Assembly (NCBI GenBank): GCA_963675525.2
Contig: CAXXSL010000019.1
Location: forward strand, 184,842 to 248,841
Length of the DNA: 64,000 nt
From: Anaerohalosphaeraceae bacterium
GTDB taxonomy: Bacteria; Planctomycetota; Phycisphaerae; Sedimentisphaerales; Anaerohalosphaeraceae
Reading direction: 5' to 3'
Of the stretch, positions 1 to 10,055 are shown in pieces. The notes below the pieces were generated by a model that was given only the letters and a program-made list of their open reading frames with translations, was not told the DNA's origin and ran no database searches. Each line of letters begins with the position of its first letter. Within the stretch, counting starts at the first letter, position 1. A program made the translations under genes and the position numbers.

Positions 1-455
1 AGAAACTGACGCAGATACCGGCGGTTCTTCAGGCCGGTCAAATCATCCTGTGTGACAAGTTCTTCCAGCATGCGAATACGTTCGTTTTTACTGAAAGTGT
101 TTACGTCTGAGGGTGTGGATTTCATTTGCGAGAGCGAAGACGATAGCGGCAGCAGAAAGTAGTCCTTGACCAATGCCGCATTTCGCAGACCGATTGCTTC
201 AGGCTCTTCGGACATATTTATCAGCAGGTATAATGTCGAAGCGGCCGCGGCCTGTGACAGGGCTGTCAGTGCCTGAGCTTTGGGTTCCGGCAGTTGGCTT
301 AGCACGACGTAGATTGCATGATACGGGCCGTTTTTGACTGCGGCGAATGCTTCGAATATGTTGCTGCAGCGGTCGGCTGAGAGCATTTCTACGGTTCTGT
401 TTGTAGTGGTACCGATCAGAAGATTCGGATGTTGCGACGTGCGGTTTTTCATCAT
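1..455 (-). CDS. GGDEF-domain diguanylate cyclase, 5' part (runs off window edge)
   Basis: Own translation from ATG at 455 (ATGA overlap with upstream stop): MMKNRTSQ...RIRMLEELVTQDDLTGLKNRRYLRQF. DxLTGLxNRR is the canonical start of a GGDEF domain. Not in the ORF track because it lacks a stop. Confidence 0.85.
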   Translation of the reverse strand, partial: MMKNRTSQHPNLLIGTTTNRTVEMLSADRCSNIFEAFAAVKNGPYHAIYVVLSQLPEPKAQALTALSQAAAASTLYLLINMSEEPEAIGLRNAALVKDYFLLPLSSSLSQMKSTPSDVNTFSKNERIRMLEELVTQDDLTGLKNRRYLRQF

Positions 456-955
456 CCGGCTCCTAACAGGGCGTCCAACTCTTCATCGCTCAGTGTGTAT
501 TCATCGTCGGTTATTTTTTGGGCGATGTGTTTAGAGTCTTCCAGGTCGTGGTGGACCTGATTCCGGATCCATGTGTTTCGGAAAGCCGTGATGACTCGGC
601 GAAGTTGTTCGGTATTACTGACCATGACCATACCGTGATCGCTGATCGTTCCGAAGGATGCATCGTTGGATGCTTCTCCGGGACCGAGCCAACCGATCAG
701 ATGCAGGTCAGGGTAGTACTGAAGTGCCGAAACCAGACATGGCTTGGTGAGCATAGCCGGACGGGCGATGAGAATTGCCGGATGTTCCTGTGTTACTTGA
801 TGCAGGTGCACAAGAACATCATACACCGACCTGCATAGCAGACACTCACCTTGGTCCTGTGTTGTAATCGCACTGACCTGAGCAGAAAGCGTATCTGCCG
901 GTCTGGCCAGCACCAGGATATTCCCGTCCAATATTCTTGCCATGGTTTGCATCAC
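452..955 (-). CDS. hypothetical protein with C-terminal LSDEELDALLG motif
   Basis: 167-aa ORF, translationally coupled to the GGDEF gene. Confidence 0.7.
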   Translation of the reverse strand: MMQTMARILDGNILVLARPADTLSAQVSAITTQDQGECLLCRSVYDVLVHLHQVTQEHPAILIARPAMLTKPCLVSALQYYPDLHLIGWLGPGEASNDASFGTISDHGMVMVSNTEQLRRVITAFRNTWIRNQVHHDLEDSKHIAQKITDDEYTLSDEELDALLGAG

Positions 956-1099
956 CCGAAATCTCCGATAGCCACATATCTCATCCTACGAAATTCGACT
1001 GGGAAAGTCAATTGAAATTGCTGTTTTAGGCCACATTGGCGGCGCATAAAAAAGGCTCGAAAGACAGCTTCCGAGCCTTGGATTGGTTTACAGATCGGA

Positions 1100-3394
1100 T
1101 TAAACAGGTTGCTCGACATGGACGCGCTGATATTCCTGGTAGGAACGGTAGTATTCGCGGAAGTAACCGCCTTTTCGGGTCTTGACGCCCATAAGGACAG
1201 TGCCAATGATCTCAGCGTTGACTTCGCGAAGTTCACGCAGGATTCTCATGCCGGCGCCGCGGTGAGTTGCAGCAGCATTGAGTACCAGAATTGTACCGTC
1301 AACCTGTGCGGCCAATGCTTTGGCGTCGCTGACCAGTGTTGCCGGGCCGTCAATGATGACGTAATCGAATTGTTGTTTACAATTTTCCAGTAGCGATTTC
1401 ATGCGTGTGGTCGTGAACAACTCCGTCGGGTTAGCCGGTAGCGGGCCGCTGTCTACGACAGAGAGATTCTCGATGCCGCTGGGACGAATGACCTGGCTTT
1501 GGTCGGCACATTGCCCCATGAGGTAATTGCTGAGCCCGTAATCGAAAAACTCAACCGGAGAACCGTTGGCCTTGGCGTGCGGGAACAATCGGGTTGTAGT
1601 CGGCCGGCGGAAGTTGGCATCGATCAGCAGAACGGTTTTGTCCTCAGCCAGCAGGGTGCTTGCCATATTGACAGCAACAGTGGTTTTGCCGTCTCCGGCG
1701 GAACCGCTGGTAACGAGCAGGATTTTATGCATAATACCGCCCGGCCCGGACAATTTCAGATTTGTACGGAGTTGACGATAGCATTCGCTCATGATCGAGT
1801 AGGGGGCCTGGCGAACGACGTGATAAAGGTCAACGCCTTCGACGTCATCATCATCGTCGAGGTGACAAATTGATCCCATGAGTGGAGTCTTCAGATGCCG
1901 CATCACATCACTGGGAGTCCGTATCAGGTCGTTGAGCATTTCGACTGCAAAGGCCAGTCCCAGTCCGAACAAGAGCCCCAGCACGAAGCCGCCCGGGATG
2001 AACAAGAGCGGACTTGGGAAGCTTTTTTCACGGGGTACCGGAGTGAGCCCCATTGACCTGAGTGTGCTCAACTTGGGATCGTTGTACACGGACTTCAATT
2101 CCTCGATTTGACGAGTAATGTCTTCCAGGCGAGTCTGTTTTTCTTCCCGCTGTCTTTCATATTTGGCGTATTCGGTTCGAATCTTGTCGATATCCTTGTA
2201 TTCTGTCTGCGCCACGGCAAGCGCCCGTTTATTGCTTTCCAGTTGTTGCGTCAGAGTGGCCAGTTCGTCCTGAGCCCGCTGATGTGCAGATGTCCGAATG
2301 ATCTCACCGATTTCAAATTGCCTCTTGGCCAGATCATCCTGCATTGTCTTCAAGGTAGCGCGAATTTCTCGGACGAGACGATGCTCTTCACCGAAGCGGT
2401 TCAGTCGCCTGCTGAGGAGCGGTTCCATCTGGGCAATAGAGTTGCGCATCTGGCGGGCGATGGGGTCGCTTTCAATTTGCTCCTTGACCACTTGGTCGTA
2501 CTCGATGGACTCGGCTCGTTTCTTTGTTATTTCCAGTTGTCTTTGAAGACCGCTGCCTCGTGTGTTTAGTTGGTTGAAGGTGTCTTCCAGATCGGTCAAC
2601 TTCTCATCCATATAATCGCGAAATGACTGGTTTGGACCCAGGTTCAAGCGTGCAAAACGCGTTCCTGCACTGATGGCCTCAAGGGTTTTGACCGTATCAT
2701 TCAGACTGGCTTGTATATCGTTTTGCTGTTTGGTTCGTTCGGTTAATTGTTCTGAGATATCGCGTGTGGCAAGGTTATGCTGCTCTTGCATGAACAGGCG
2801 AATCATTTCATCAACGATTGTTGCGGCTTCTTTGGCTTTGCCGCAGGTCATTGAAATACGAATGAAAGTTTGATCTCGGGGGGCGGCGGCCCTTAAGCTG
2901 TCTTCATCAAGGTCCTCGAAGGCTTCTGTGATCGCTTTTTCTTTGTCGCCGATGATTTGCCCCTCTTGATCAATCTTCGCAAAGCGTTTGAACCAATGAG
3001 TATCCTGAACTTTCGGCTGATTGATCAATTTTTCCAACATTCCCTGCTGTTTGATCAGTGAAGCCATCGTGAAACGGTGTTGGTAATAAATATCTTTATT
3101 CGGCGGTGTTTGTTCAATCTCTGTTGGATTCTTGAGACCAGGAGGGTCGATGTGGATGCCGCCCACGGCGGTATATTTTGGAATCAGGACGTCACAGAGA
3201 AACCATGCAATTCCACCGATGATCGTTCCTGACACAGTCAAGCCGATGATCATCCAGATGTGACGGCGCAGAATCCCTACGATTTCCTTCGGTGTCATGG
3301 CCATTGCGCCGGCAACAACCGGGGGGGCTATTTTGGGGCGAGACGGCCTGACCGGCGGCATCGCATTATTCGGTTTTTGAATGGGGTTATTCAT
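1100..3394 (-). CDS. wzc: polysaccharide co-polymerase / BY-kinase (Wzc/GumC-CapB type)
   Basis: Two TM segments flank a coiled-coil region. Walker A GSAGDGKT, LLIDAN, VIIDGP, and C-terminal tyrosine cluster YFREYYRSYQEY. Confidence 0.92.
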   Translation of the reverse strand: MNNPIQKPNNAMPPVRPSRPKIAPPVVAGAMAMTPKEIVGILRRHIWMIIGLTVSGTIIGGIAWFLCDVLIPKYTAVGGIHIDPPGLKNPTEIEQTPPNKDIYYQHRFTMASLIKQQGMLEKLINQPKVQDTHWFKRFAKIDQEGQIIGDKEKAITEAFEDLDEDSLRAAAPRDQTFIRISMTCGKAKEAATIVDEMIRLFMQEQHNLATRDISEQLTERTKQQNDIQASLNDTVKTLEAISAGTRFARLNLGPNQSFRDYMDEKLTDLEDTFNQLNTRGSGLQRQLEITKKRAESIEYDQVVKEQIESDPIARQMRNSIAQMEPLLSRRLNRFGEEHRLVREIRATLKTMQDDLAKRQFEIGEIIRTSAHQRAQDELATLTQQLESNKRALAVAQTEYKDIDKIRTEYAKYERQREEKQTRLEDITRQIEELKSVYNDPKLSTLRSMGLTPVPREKSFPSPLLFIPGGFVLGLLFGLGLAFAVEMLNDLIRTPSDVMRHLKTPLMGSICHLDDDDDVEGVDLYHVVRQAPYSIMSECYRQLRTNLKLSGPGGIMHKILLVTSGSAGDGKTTVAVNMASTLLAEDKTVLLIDANFRRPTTTRLFPHAKANGSPVEFFDYGLSNYLMGQCADQSQVIRPSGIENLSVVDSGPLPANPTELFTTTRMKSLLENCKQQFDYVIIDGPATLVSDAKALAAQVDGTILVLNAAATHRGAGMRILRELREVNAEIIGTVLMGVKTRKGGYFREYYRSYQEYQRVHVEQPV

Positions 3395-3420
3395 ATTCAG
3401 TCTCCCTGTTCATAAGACCC

Positions 3421-6400
3421 TTATAACTTCAATCGTTCAATTGCCTGCTGCAACAGTTGTTTTTCTTTTTCCGGGATGTCTCCGGTGGTTCCCATTGCCT
3501 TCTGGTAAAAGTCTCTTGCCTGGCTGTTTTCCCCCAGTCCTTCGTATACCATTCCCAGATGTTTAAACATATCCCAGGGAATCGGCGTATTCGAAACCTG
3601 ATTTAATTGCATTGCCCGGAGAAGATTTCGTTCCGCTTCTTCGTAGCGGCCTGCTTTGCACAAACCATAACCATAAGTATCCAGATAAATGGCATTGTCC
3701 GTGTCACCCTGGACTGCTTTACGAGCATAACCAACGGCCGTTTCCAATTGCATATCATTGTCGATTAACAAAAAGGCCAGATTGTTCAACACGGAAGCAT
3801 TTTCCGGCTGTTTTTCCAGCATCGCTTCGAATAGTGAGACCGAGCGATCCAGATAATTATTGTCTCCGGTTTTAATATATGCCAAGAGCAGCACATTACT
3901 TTTATCGGTTGCTAATGAAAGCCATGCTGGGTGATCTGTTCCCAACAGCTTTATGCATTGGTCCAGATGTTCTACGGCGTCATTGTAGCGTCCCTCTATT
4001 TCGGCGAGTCGGTAGGCCAGCAAATGAACGGGGATAGAATCCGGGTCCTGTAACAATTGTTCTTGACACCACGACTCGATGGGTTTTGGTCCTACGGACT
4101 TCAACATATTTGCTAAAAGGAGTTCCTGCATTTTTTTACTTGCCCCCATTTTTTGAAGGGCTTTTTCAAAACTATCGTTCGCTTTGTCGGGCTGATTCAA
4201 TTTTAATTGAATCAGGGCCATATAGGAATAGGCAGCCGGTGCGGCCGGGGTGTCAATAAATTCGGATGCAAATGAGAAGGCCTTATCATATTGCCCACCC
4301 TCATATAAACTCTTAAGATACGAAACAAAAAGGCTCATTGGCTGGTTCTGTCTCTGTACGCTAAGATCCCATGCACGCTGTAATAATGCTTGTGCTGTTA
4401 CAAAGTCTTTCTGTTCGATGCAGTATTCCCCGACCCGTTGAAGCCAAAAGACACTTTCGGGATATTTGTCAAGTGTACTTTGATAAAATTTTCCAAGTTC
4501 TCCAAAATCCTTCGTTTCCTTATAAATGGATTCGATCATAGACCAGAGCTGAAAAGGAGCCTGCGGGTCATTCAGTCCCTCTTTTAATTCCCCGATCGCT
4601 CCCTGAGGATTCCCCATTTCATTGTAAATAGATGCCAGTTCGAGGCGTATGTTCGGATTCGGCAGAATACGTTTGCTGCGTTGTAAGTCCCCGATTGCCT
4701 TTTGAGGTTGATTCATCAGGTGGTACAATCGACCACGGAGCCGCCATGCGCCGGCGTTCTCCGTATCTGTTTCAAGATAACGATTGGACAACGAAAGCGC
4801 CTCTTCAAGATTCCCATTTCTCATTTGGATCCAGCCTTCCAGAAGGAATACAAGCGTTTCTTCCGGATAGCGTTCTTTAAAGCCTTCCACTTTTTCCGCC
4901 ACTTCTTCGGTAAAAGCATTATCCAGATATTTCTGGAATAAAAATAACTCAGCTTCTTTACTGTCAACCACATCCTTCAGAATATCCAAATACTGTTTAA
5001 CCTGTTGGCGATCCCCCATGCCTTCGGCGACCAGAACGAATCCGCGAAGCACCAGTTCGTTCTTTGGGTCCTTTTCATATAAACCGTCCAGTATCTCCTT
5101 TGCTTGTTCAAATTGGCTGTTTCTCAGGTAATATTTCCAGAGCAAATTCTGGTCATCTTTGAGCAGCTCGACGGCCTCCTGTTCTTTTCCGGAGAGGCTG
5201 AGAAAATTGGCATACACTTCTTGAGCATTTTTGTTTTCCGGATCCAATTCAATGGCTCGTTGATAAGCCTTGTTCGCTAATTCGACGAGTCCGGTTCTCT
5301 TGGCCGCGTCCCATTCAGACTTTGCCTGTCGCGTTGCCATATTTCCCAGCATTAACGCGTTTTGAACACTGGGGTAACTTTCCAGTAGAAGCTGACGAAT
5401 TGAAATCGCATCGTCCGGTTTATCTGAACTAATGATTTCGGCATACACGCTCTGCAGTTGCCAGTCTTTGGGATTTAAAGCCATTGCCCTCACAACGGCC
5501 TCCTGAGCCTCGGCTTTTTGTTGTGGCGTGACCTTGCTGCCGAGTTTTGTGTTTTGCGCGAACAGATAGGATGCCATATTCCTGGCATAAAGGGAATTCT
5601 TGGGATCCATTCTTATGGCAGTTTGAAGATTTTCAATTGCCGGCTCATAATCTTCAAGTTGGTGATAAACCTGGCTTTTCAGGGAATAGATCTCACTGGA
5701 CAGCGGCTGAAGCCTCAGGGATTCTTCCAGCCGACGAAGGGCGAGCGGGTAGTTTTTCCTGACGATTTCGAGCCGTGCAGAGTACACGCCGCCTTCGCAG
5801 CCATCGATATTCAGTTCACGAATTGGTTTTAAAAGACTTTCCGCCGTCTGGAAATCCTCTTGGGCTATGGCGAGGGTAAATTTTAGATCCAGTACCTGTG
5901 TATCTTTATCTGCGTCTTCTTTAGGAATTCCCTGAAGCATATTGACGGCCTTTACATAATCGCCCTGTTCACGGTACAGCTTTGCCAGTTCCAGTGATTT
6001 GTTATTTGAATCGGGCAGGGCATTTAAGACCTGCAGTACAAGTTCCTGTTGCCGTTGGCGAGAAATTTGAGCAGGGTTTTCTTCCTGTATCTGAAGTTTA
6101 AGCACTTTTAACGGCATATTGTCGGGGTACTCCGACAAATACTGATCGATCAGTGCGACAGCTGCTTGTGTCTGGTTGCTTTGTATAAAGTCATAACAAA
6201 CGGTAGTCAAGAGCCCACCATCAAGCATTTCAGGGCTCTGGTCGAGCAAATCACGGAGCAGTTGACTTCGTTCTGTGCGTAATTCTGTTAATTGCTGTGT
6301 TTGTTCCGCTGAAGGGATCTGAGAATCTTCCTGTTGTTTGGTGGAAAGTTTGATTTGAGTGATTTGACTGGTTAACAGATCGATTTTTAGTCGGAGTCTG

Positions 6401-8193
6401 ATCGGTTCCGTTTCGGGTATTTCTAAAAGTGCCTGTTGAGCTTTTTCGACCTCGTTCAAGGCGGTCAGTGCCTGGACTCTGATTGTTTGGCTTTTAAGAT
6501 CGATCCCCCAACGACCTTGATAATTGTCCATGATCGACAATACCGTTGGCCATGCACGCAGTTGCCCCATGATTTCGGCATAATCCAGCAATAACCAGGG
6601 TTTTTGTAAAACGATTGGGTTTTGGTTGGCGATGGCTTTACCCAAAAATTCAAATCGCATTCCCTGTTCGTTCTTATTCTTCATAGCATCGGCCAGCATG
6701 ACACATAGAACCGGATCGATCTGAGATCGCTCCATCTGTTTGTCCAGTGCTTTAGACTGCTCATAGGACTGATACATCAGTCGAACGGCTTTGTCGTCTT
6801 GGCCTTTTGCCAGGGCCAGCATTCCCTGAAATTTTTGAACCGTGGGGTTTTCGGCGGCTCCGAAATAACTGGTGACTTCGTCAACTCGCTCCTGAGCCTT
6901 CTGGATCCATCCCTGGGCAGCAGCTTTGTTTTCCGAGTTATTTTCCTGTAATGCTTTTTCAATATAAAGTTCAGAAAGAAACATGTTGACGAAATTACGA
7001 TAGGCCAGATTTTGACTCCGTCGCGGACCGGGACTGTCTTGAGTGCCCGGTTTAGTCAATGTGTTCTCAGCCATTTGTATCGCATCTGCAATGGCATCCG
7101 GATCACCAAAGGCCGAGCCTTTCCGGTATAAAAGCCGCGCCACCCGAATAGCATATTGGATGTTTTCCGGTTCCAGTTCAAGGGCCTGACGAGTGGTTTC
7201 GATAGCCCGGTTTAACTCCGCCAGCGGCGACAGATTACCGGGATTTTCATAGGCAATGGAGACCACGAGAAGGAATTCGGCATTCGGTTCGATTTTATCG
7301 GCATAGGTTTCAATTTCATTGCGAATGTTATCGACTGCATTAGGCTCATTAGCAGTTGCCTGTAGTCTGAACATCAGAAGGTTGGCTGCCGCTGTAGCTT
7401 TATTGTCGGCCTGGTCGAAACCGGTGTTCAACCATTGAAGGGCCTCTTTTTGTGCATTTTCTTTAGCATCTCTGATACCGTCCAATTCGTCAAACTCACC
7501 CTGCACTGTCGCCGCCTGTGCCCTTAACAGGTATAATGCTTCATCTTCTGGATGCTGCTTGAGGAGGTCCTCCAGGTAAGTGAGAGATTCTGTCAGCAAC
7601 TCTTTGCGATTGGTGGTTTCTCCTCGCTGTGCCATGTACAAATTTGCTTTTGCATATGTTGTCAGAAGTTCTGCATCCGGGTTGGTCCCCTGGTTCTCGA
7701 GAATATCCAGCATTTCTTTGGTGATTTCTTTGATGTTTTTCCATAGCTGGGGATTTCCGGCATCGGCAGCCTGATAGTAATAATCCAGCAAGTTCCTGCG
7801 TGCTTCGATATTGTTGGAATCGATACTGGTAACTTTATTCCAGCAGGCGAGGGCCTTGAGCCAGTTTGCCTCATGCTCCGAATTATTGATCAGGTGGAAA
7901 TCAGCGATATCAAAGAGACGTTCAACTTTATACTCGTCCGAATACCCAAAGCCGAAAGAAAGCCCGAATTGCTCTTCGGCCTTTATGTAATCGCCGGCTT
8001 CAAGGAATTCTTTGGCTTTTGCCAGAGCCTTATCGGGGTCTTGTCCGAACCCAAGTATACGAGCGATCTTGTTGCGACCGATTCTGGAACGGGCGATTCT
8101 GGGGCGGAGCACGATGAGCATGCCGCCGCCAATAATCAACACGATTAAAAAAATACCAATGATCGCAACTTTTTTATTTAACTTCTTAGCCAT
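3421..8193 (-). CDS. large membrane-anchored TPR protein (PrsT-like context)
   Basis: 1590 aa, N-terminal TM, many TPR-like helices (e.g. NASVLNNLAF...YLDTYGY). Lies inside the exosortase/EPS locus. Confidence 0.85.
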   Translation of the reverse strand: MAKKLNKKVAIIGIFLIVLIIGGGMLIVLRPRIARSRIGRNKIARILGFGQDPDKALAKAKEFLEAGDYIKAEEQFGLSFGFGYSDEYKVERLFDIADFHLINNSEHEANWLKALACWNKVTSIDSNNIEARRNLLDYYYQAADAGNPQLWKNIKEITKEMLDILENQGTNPDAELLTTYAKANLYMAQRGETTNRKELLTESLTYLEDLLKQHPEDEALYLLRAQAATVQGEFDELDGIRDAKENAQKEALQWLNTGFDQADNKATAAANLLMFRLQATANEPNAVDNIRNEIETYADKIEPNAEFLLVVSIAYENPGNLSPLAELNRAIETTRQALELEPENIQYAIRVARLLYRKGSAFGDPDAIADAIQMAENTLTKPGTQDSPGPRRSQNLAYRNFVNMFLSELYIEKALQENNSENKAAAQGWIQKAQERVDEVTSYFGAAENPTVQKFQGMLALAKGQDDKAVRLMYQSYEQSKALDKQMERSQIDPVLCVMLADAMKNKNEQGMRFEFLGKAIANQNPIVLQKPWLLLDYAEIMGQLRAWPTVLSIMDNYQGRWGIDLKSQTIRVQALTALNEVEKAQQALLEIPETEPIRLRLKIDLLTSQITQIKLSTKQQEDSQIPSAEQTQQLTELRTERSQLLRDLLDQSPEMLDGGLLTTVCYDFIQSNQTQAAVALIDQYLSEYPDNMPLKVLKLQIQEENPAQISRQRQQELVLQVLNALPDSNNKSLELAKLYREQGDYVKAVNMLQGIPKEDADKDTQVLDLKFTLAIAQEDFQTAESLLKPIRELNIDGCEGGVYSARLEIVRKNYPLALRRLEESLRLQPLSSEIYSLKSQVYHQLEDYEPAIENLQTAIRMDPKNSLYARNMASYLFAQNTKLGSKVTPQQKAEAQEAVVRAMALNPKDWQLQSVYAEIISSDKPDDAISIRQLLLESYPSVQNALMLGNMATRQAKSEWDAAKRTGLVELANKAYQRAIELDPENKNAQEVYANFLSLSGKEQEAVELLKDDQNLLWKYYLRNSQFEQAKEILDGLYEKDPKNELVLRGFVLVAEGMGDRQQVKQYLDILKDVVDSKEAELFLFQKYLDNAFTEEVAEKVEGFKERYPEETLVFLLEGWIQMRNGNLEEALSLSNRYLETDTENAGAWRLRGRLYHLMNQPQKAIGDLQRSKRILPNPNIRLELASIYNEMGNPQGAIGELKEGLNDPQAPFQLWSMIESIYKETKDFGELGKFYQSTLDKYPESVFWLQRVGEYCIEQKDFVTAQALLQRAWDLSVQRQNQPMSLFVSYLKSLYEGGQYDKAFSFASEFIDTPAAPAAYSYMALIQLKLNQPDKANDSFEKALQKMGASKKMQELLLANMLKSVGPKPIESWCQEQLLQDPDSIPVHLLAYRLAEIEGRYNDAVEHLDQCIKLLGTDHPAWLSLATDKSNVLLLAYIKTGDNNYLDRSVSLFEAMLEKQPENASVLNNLAFLLIDNDMQLETAVGYARKAVQGDTDNAIYLDTYGYGLCKAGRYEEAERNLLRAMQLNQVSNTPIPWDMFKHLGMVYEGLGENSQARDFYQKAMGTTGDIPEKEKQLLQQAIERLKL

Positions 8194-8250
8194 AATAACA
8201 CACTCTCCCTTTTTTGGATATCCATTAACCGTCTACTTTTATTAATACCA

Positions 8251-9036
8251 TTAATATGCCGCTGATTCGTTCGGATTATAATCTTTTGCGTTGATCCTGT
8301 CCCAGTTGGGCCAATGATTTTTTTCCAGTTCCGGCAACAACAGAGACAGCAGTTTTGTCGAAGCGGCCAGAGTCTGCTCTTTACTGGGATAGGGTTCGAA
8401 TGAGCTTTGGCCGAAAAATTTCCATTCGACCTTACAGAAATAAGAATACTTACTGAACCAGTCAAACAATGTTGTACGGGTGTCGGTTCGGTCCTTGCAA
8501 TATTGTCCATTGGCATGAAACAGGTATTGGACAGAAAAATCCACATCGCTCTGCATGGAATTCTGTGCCGTTTGCGTGAAGAGGACGTATTGGAAGCTCA
8601 CCTTGCCTTTTTCGGATAATTCAACAGATAGTGTCTGGGCGATTTTTAATGCATTTCCGCCGCCGACATAACATTCATTCGGCACATGAGGCACCATGTC
8701 GGGATTGCCCGTATAATAGGTAATAAACAATGAACAATAGCGGGTTGGGCTGGCAGGATCGGCTTCGGTGTCTTCGAGCAGCCATTGCAGATAAACATCA
8801 GTCCCCAAACTCTCGAGGATTTCCCTGTTCCCGATGGTTTGCTTATTAACAACCTGATAGGGGGCGAGAACGTCTTCATTAAAATCATCGAAAGGCGTCT
8901 GTAGTTTGATGGGTAGTTTTGTCAGTTGTATACCTAATCTTTTTATTAAGATTGCCTTGGTGCTTGCCGCCAGAAGTAAGACCGAGGCGCACACAAGGAA
9001 AGACGCTTTCATATATTCTTGTTTTGCGGTTCTCAT
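8251..9036 (-). CDS. epsI: exosortase-associated EpsI family protein
   Basis: YYTG...VPHVPNECYVGGG resembles the EpsI H-x-P-x-x-C-Y motif. ATGA overlap with the exosortase stop gives a start at 9036. Confidence 0.8.
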   Translation of the reverse strand: MRTAKQEYMKASFLVCASVLLLAASTKAILIKRLGIQLTKLPIKLQTPFDDFNEDVLAPYQVVNKQTIGNREILESLGTDVYLQWLLEDTEADPASPTRYCSLFITYYTGNPDMVPHVPNECYVGGGNALKIAQTLSVELSEKGKVSFQYVLFTQTAQNSMQSDVDFSVQYLFHANGQYCKDRTDTRTTLFDWFSKYSYFCKVEWKFFGQSSFEPYPSKEQTLAASTKLLSLLLPELEKNHWPNWDRINAKDYNPNESAAY

Positions 9037-10046
9037 GGCTTCACCTCCGTATCGCATGCCGGTTTTCTGCGGACGATAACATCTTCCTGTATTTGCTCCT
9101 CGTCGTCCACAAACAGGTTGCTCATGAGCCAGGCCAGTCCGCCGTACAGCCCAAAGGCCAGCGGCAGCATCAACATGCCGAGTATGTCGTGCCAGATGCC
9201 CTTGGCATATTGGGGAAAGCCAAAGACATAAATAAGGCCTGTAATCGTTACACGAACGAAGTTACACACAATAGCGATCAGGATGGTACTGGCCAGCAAC
9301 ACCAGTCGCTGCCACACTGGACGCCAGTGCAGGTATGCCATGGCCACGCCCAATGCGACAAATGCCATCAGCAATCGCATGCCGCTACACGCGTCAGCAA
9401 CATTGAGTTTGTCTATAATTGGTTTGTTTGTGATGATGGTGTAACCATCGAGGTCAATGATTACGCCGGCAACAGTGGCTTTTATCTCTGGCATAAGATT
9501 TAGGATGAAGCCGGAGACTTGTGCGGCCCATGCTCGCATGGGATTGGTTAGCCTAAAATAAATCCCATCGGGCAAAGGAACCGCAAAAAACAGATAGGCC
9601 ACCGGTAACCAGGCGTATTTCAGGAGTTTTCTGCCGCCCATAAAAAGGACGGCCGCCCCGAGGGTGGCGATCATGATCAAGGGTTTGCCGTACATGAACT
9701 TCAAACCAACAAAATTCACCGGATACAGAATAAACAGAAAAAACACCAGTGCCGGCAATCCTACGAACCAACTGGGTTTAAAATTGTCTTTTAGAGAGAT
9801 GATTTCATCTTTGCTCTGATTGAGAAAATACAGACTAAACAGCGGGATCAGAAGACCATGGGACCAACTCGGATTTGTGAGCCATTTATTGACGATTCCG
9901 TTGATTTCTTCACGATAGAACCACCAAATCAAAACACCGAACAGTGTCAGTTTAATATAGGTGTGGACACCAAGGTCGAACCAGCTTTTTTCGTTAGCAG
10001 GTTCTGCGGTGGATTGAACGGTTTCTTGTTGTTGATTTTGAGTCAT
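9033..10046 (-). CDS. exosortase (EpsH/Xrt family)
   Basis: Multi-TM protein with WSHG, catalytic-type ADACSGMR, NFVRV and WHD motifs (Cys-Arg-His). Confidence 0.92.
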   Translation of the reverse strand: MTQNQQQETVQSTAEPANEKSWFDLGVHTYIKLTLFGVLIWWFYREEINGIVNKWLTNPSWSHGLLIPLFSLYFLNQSKDEIISLKDNFKPSWFVGLPALVFFLFILYPVNFVGLKFMYGKPLIMIATLGAAVLFMGGRKLLKYAWLPVAYLFFAVPLPDGIYFRLTNPMRAWAAQVSGFILNLMPEIKATVAGVIIDLDGYTIITNKPIIDKLNVADACSGMRLLMAFVALGVAMAYLHWRPVWQRLVLLASTILIAIVCNFVRVTITGLIYVFGFPQYAKGIWHDILGMLMLPLAFGLYGGLAWLMSNLFVDDEEQIQEDVIVRRKPACDTEVKP

Positions 10047-10055
10047 GAATCCAGA

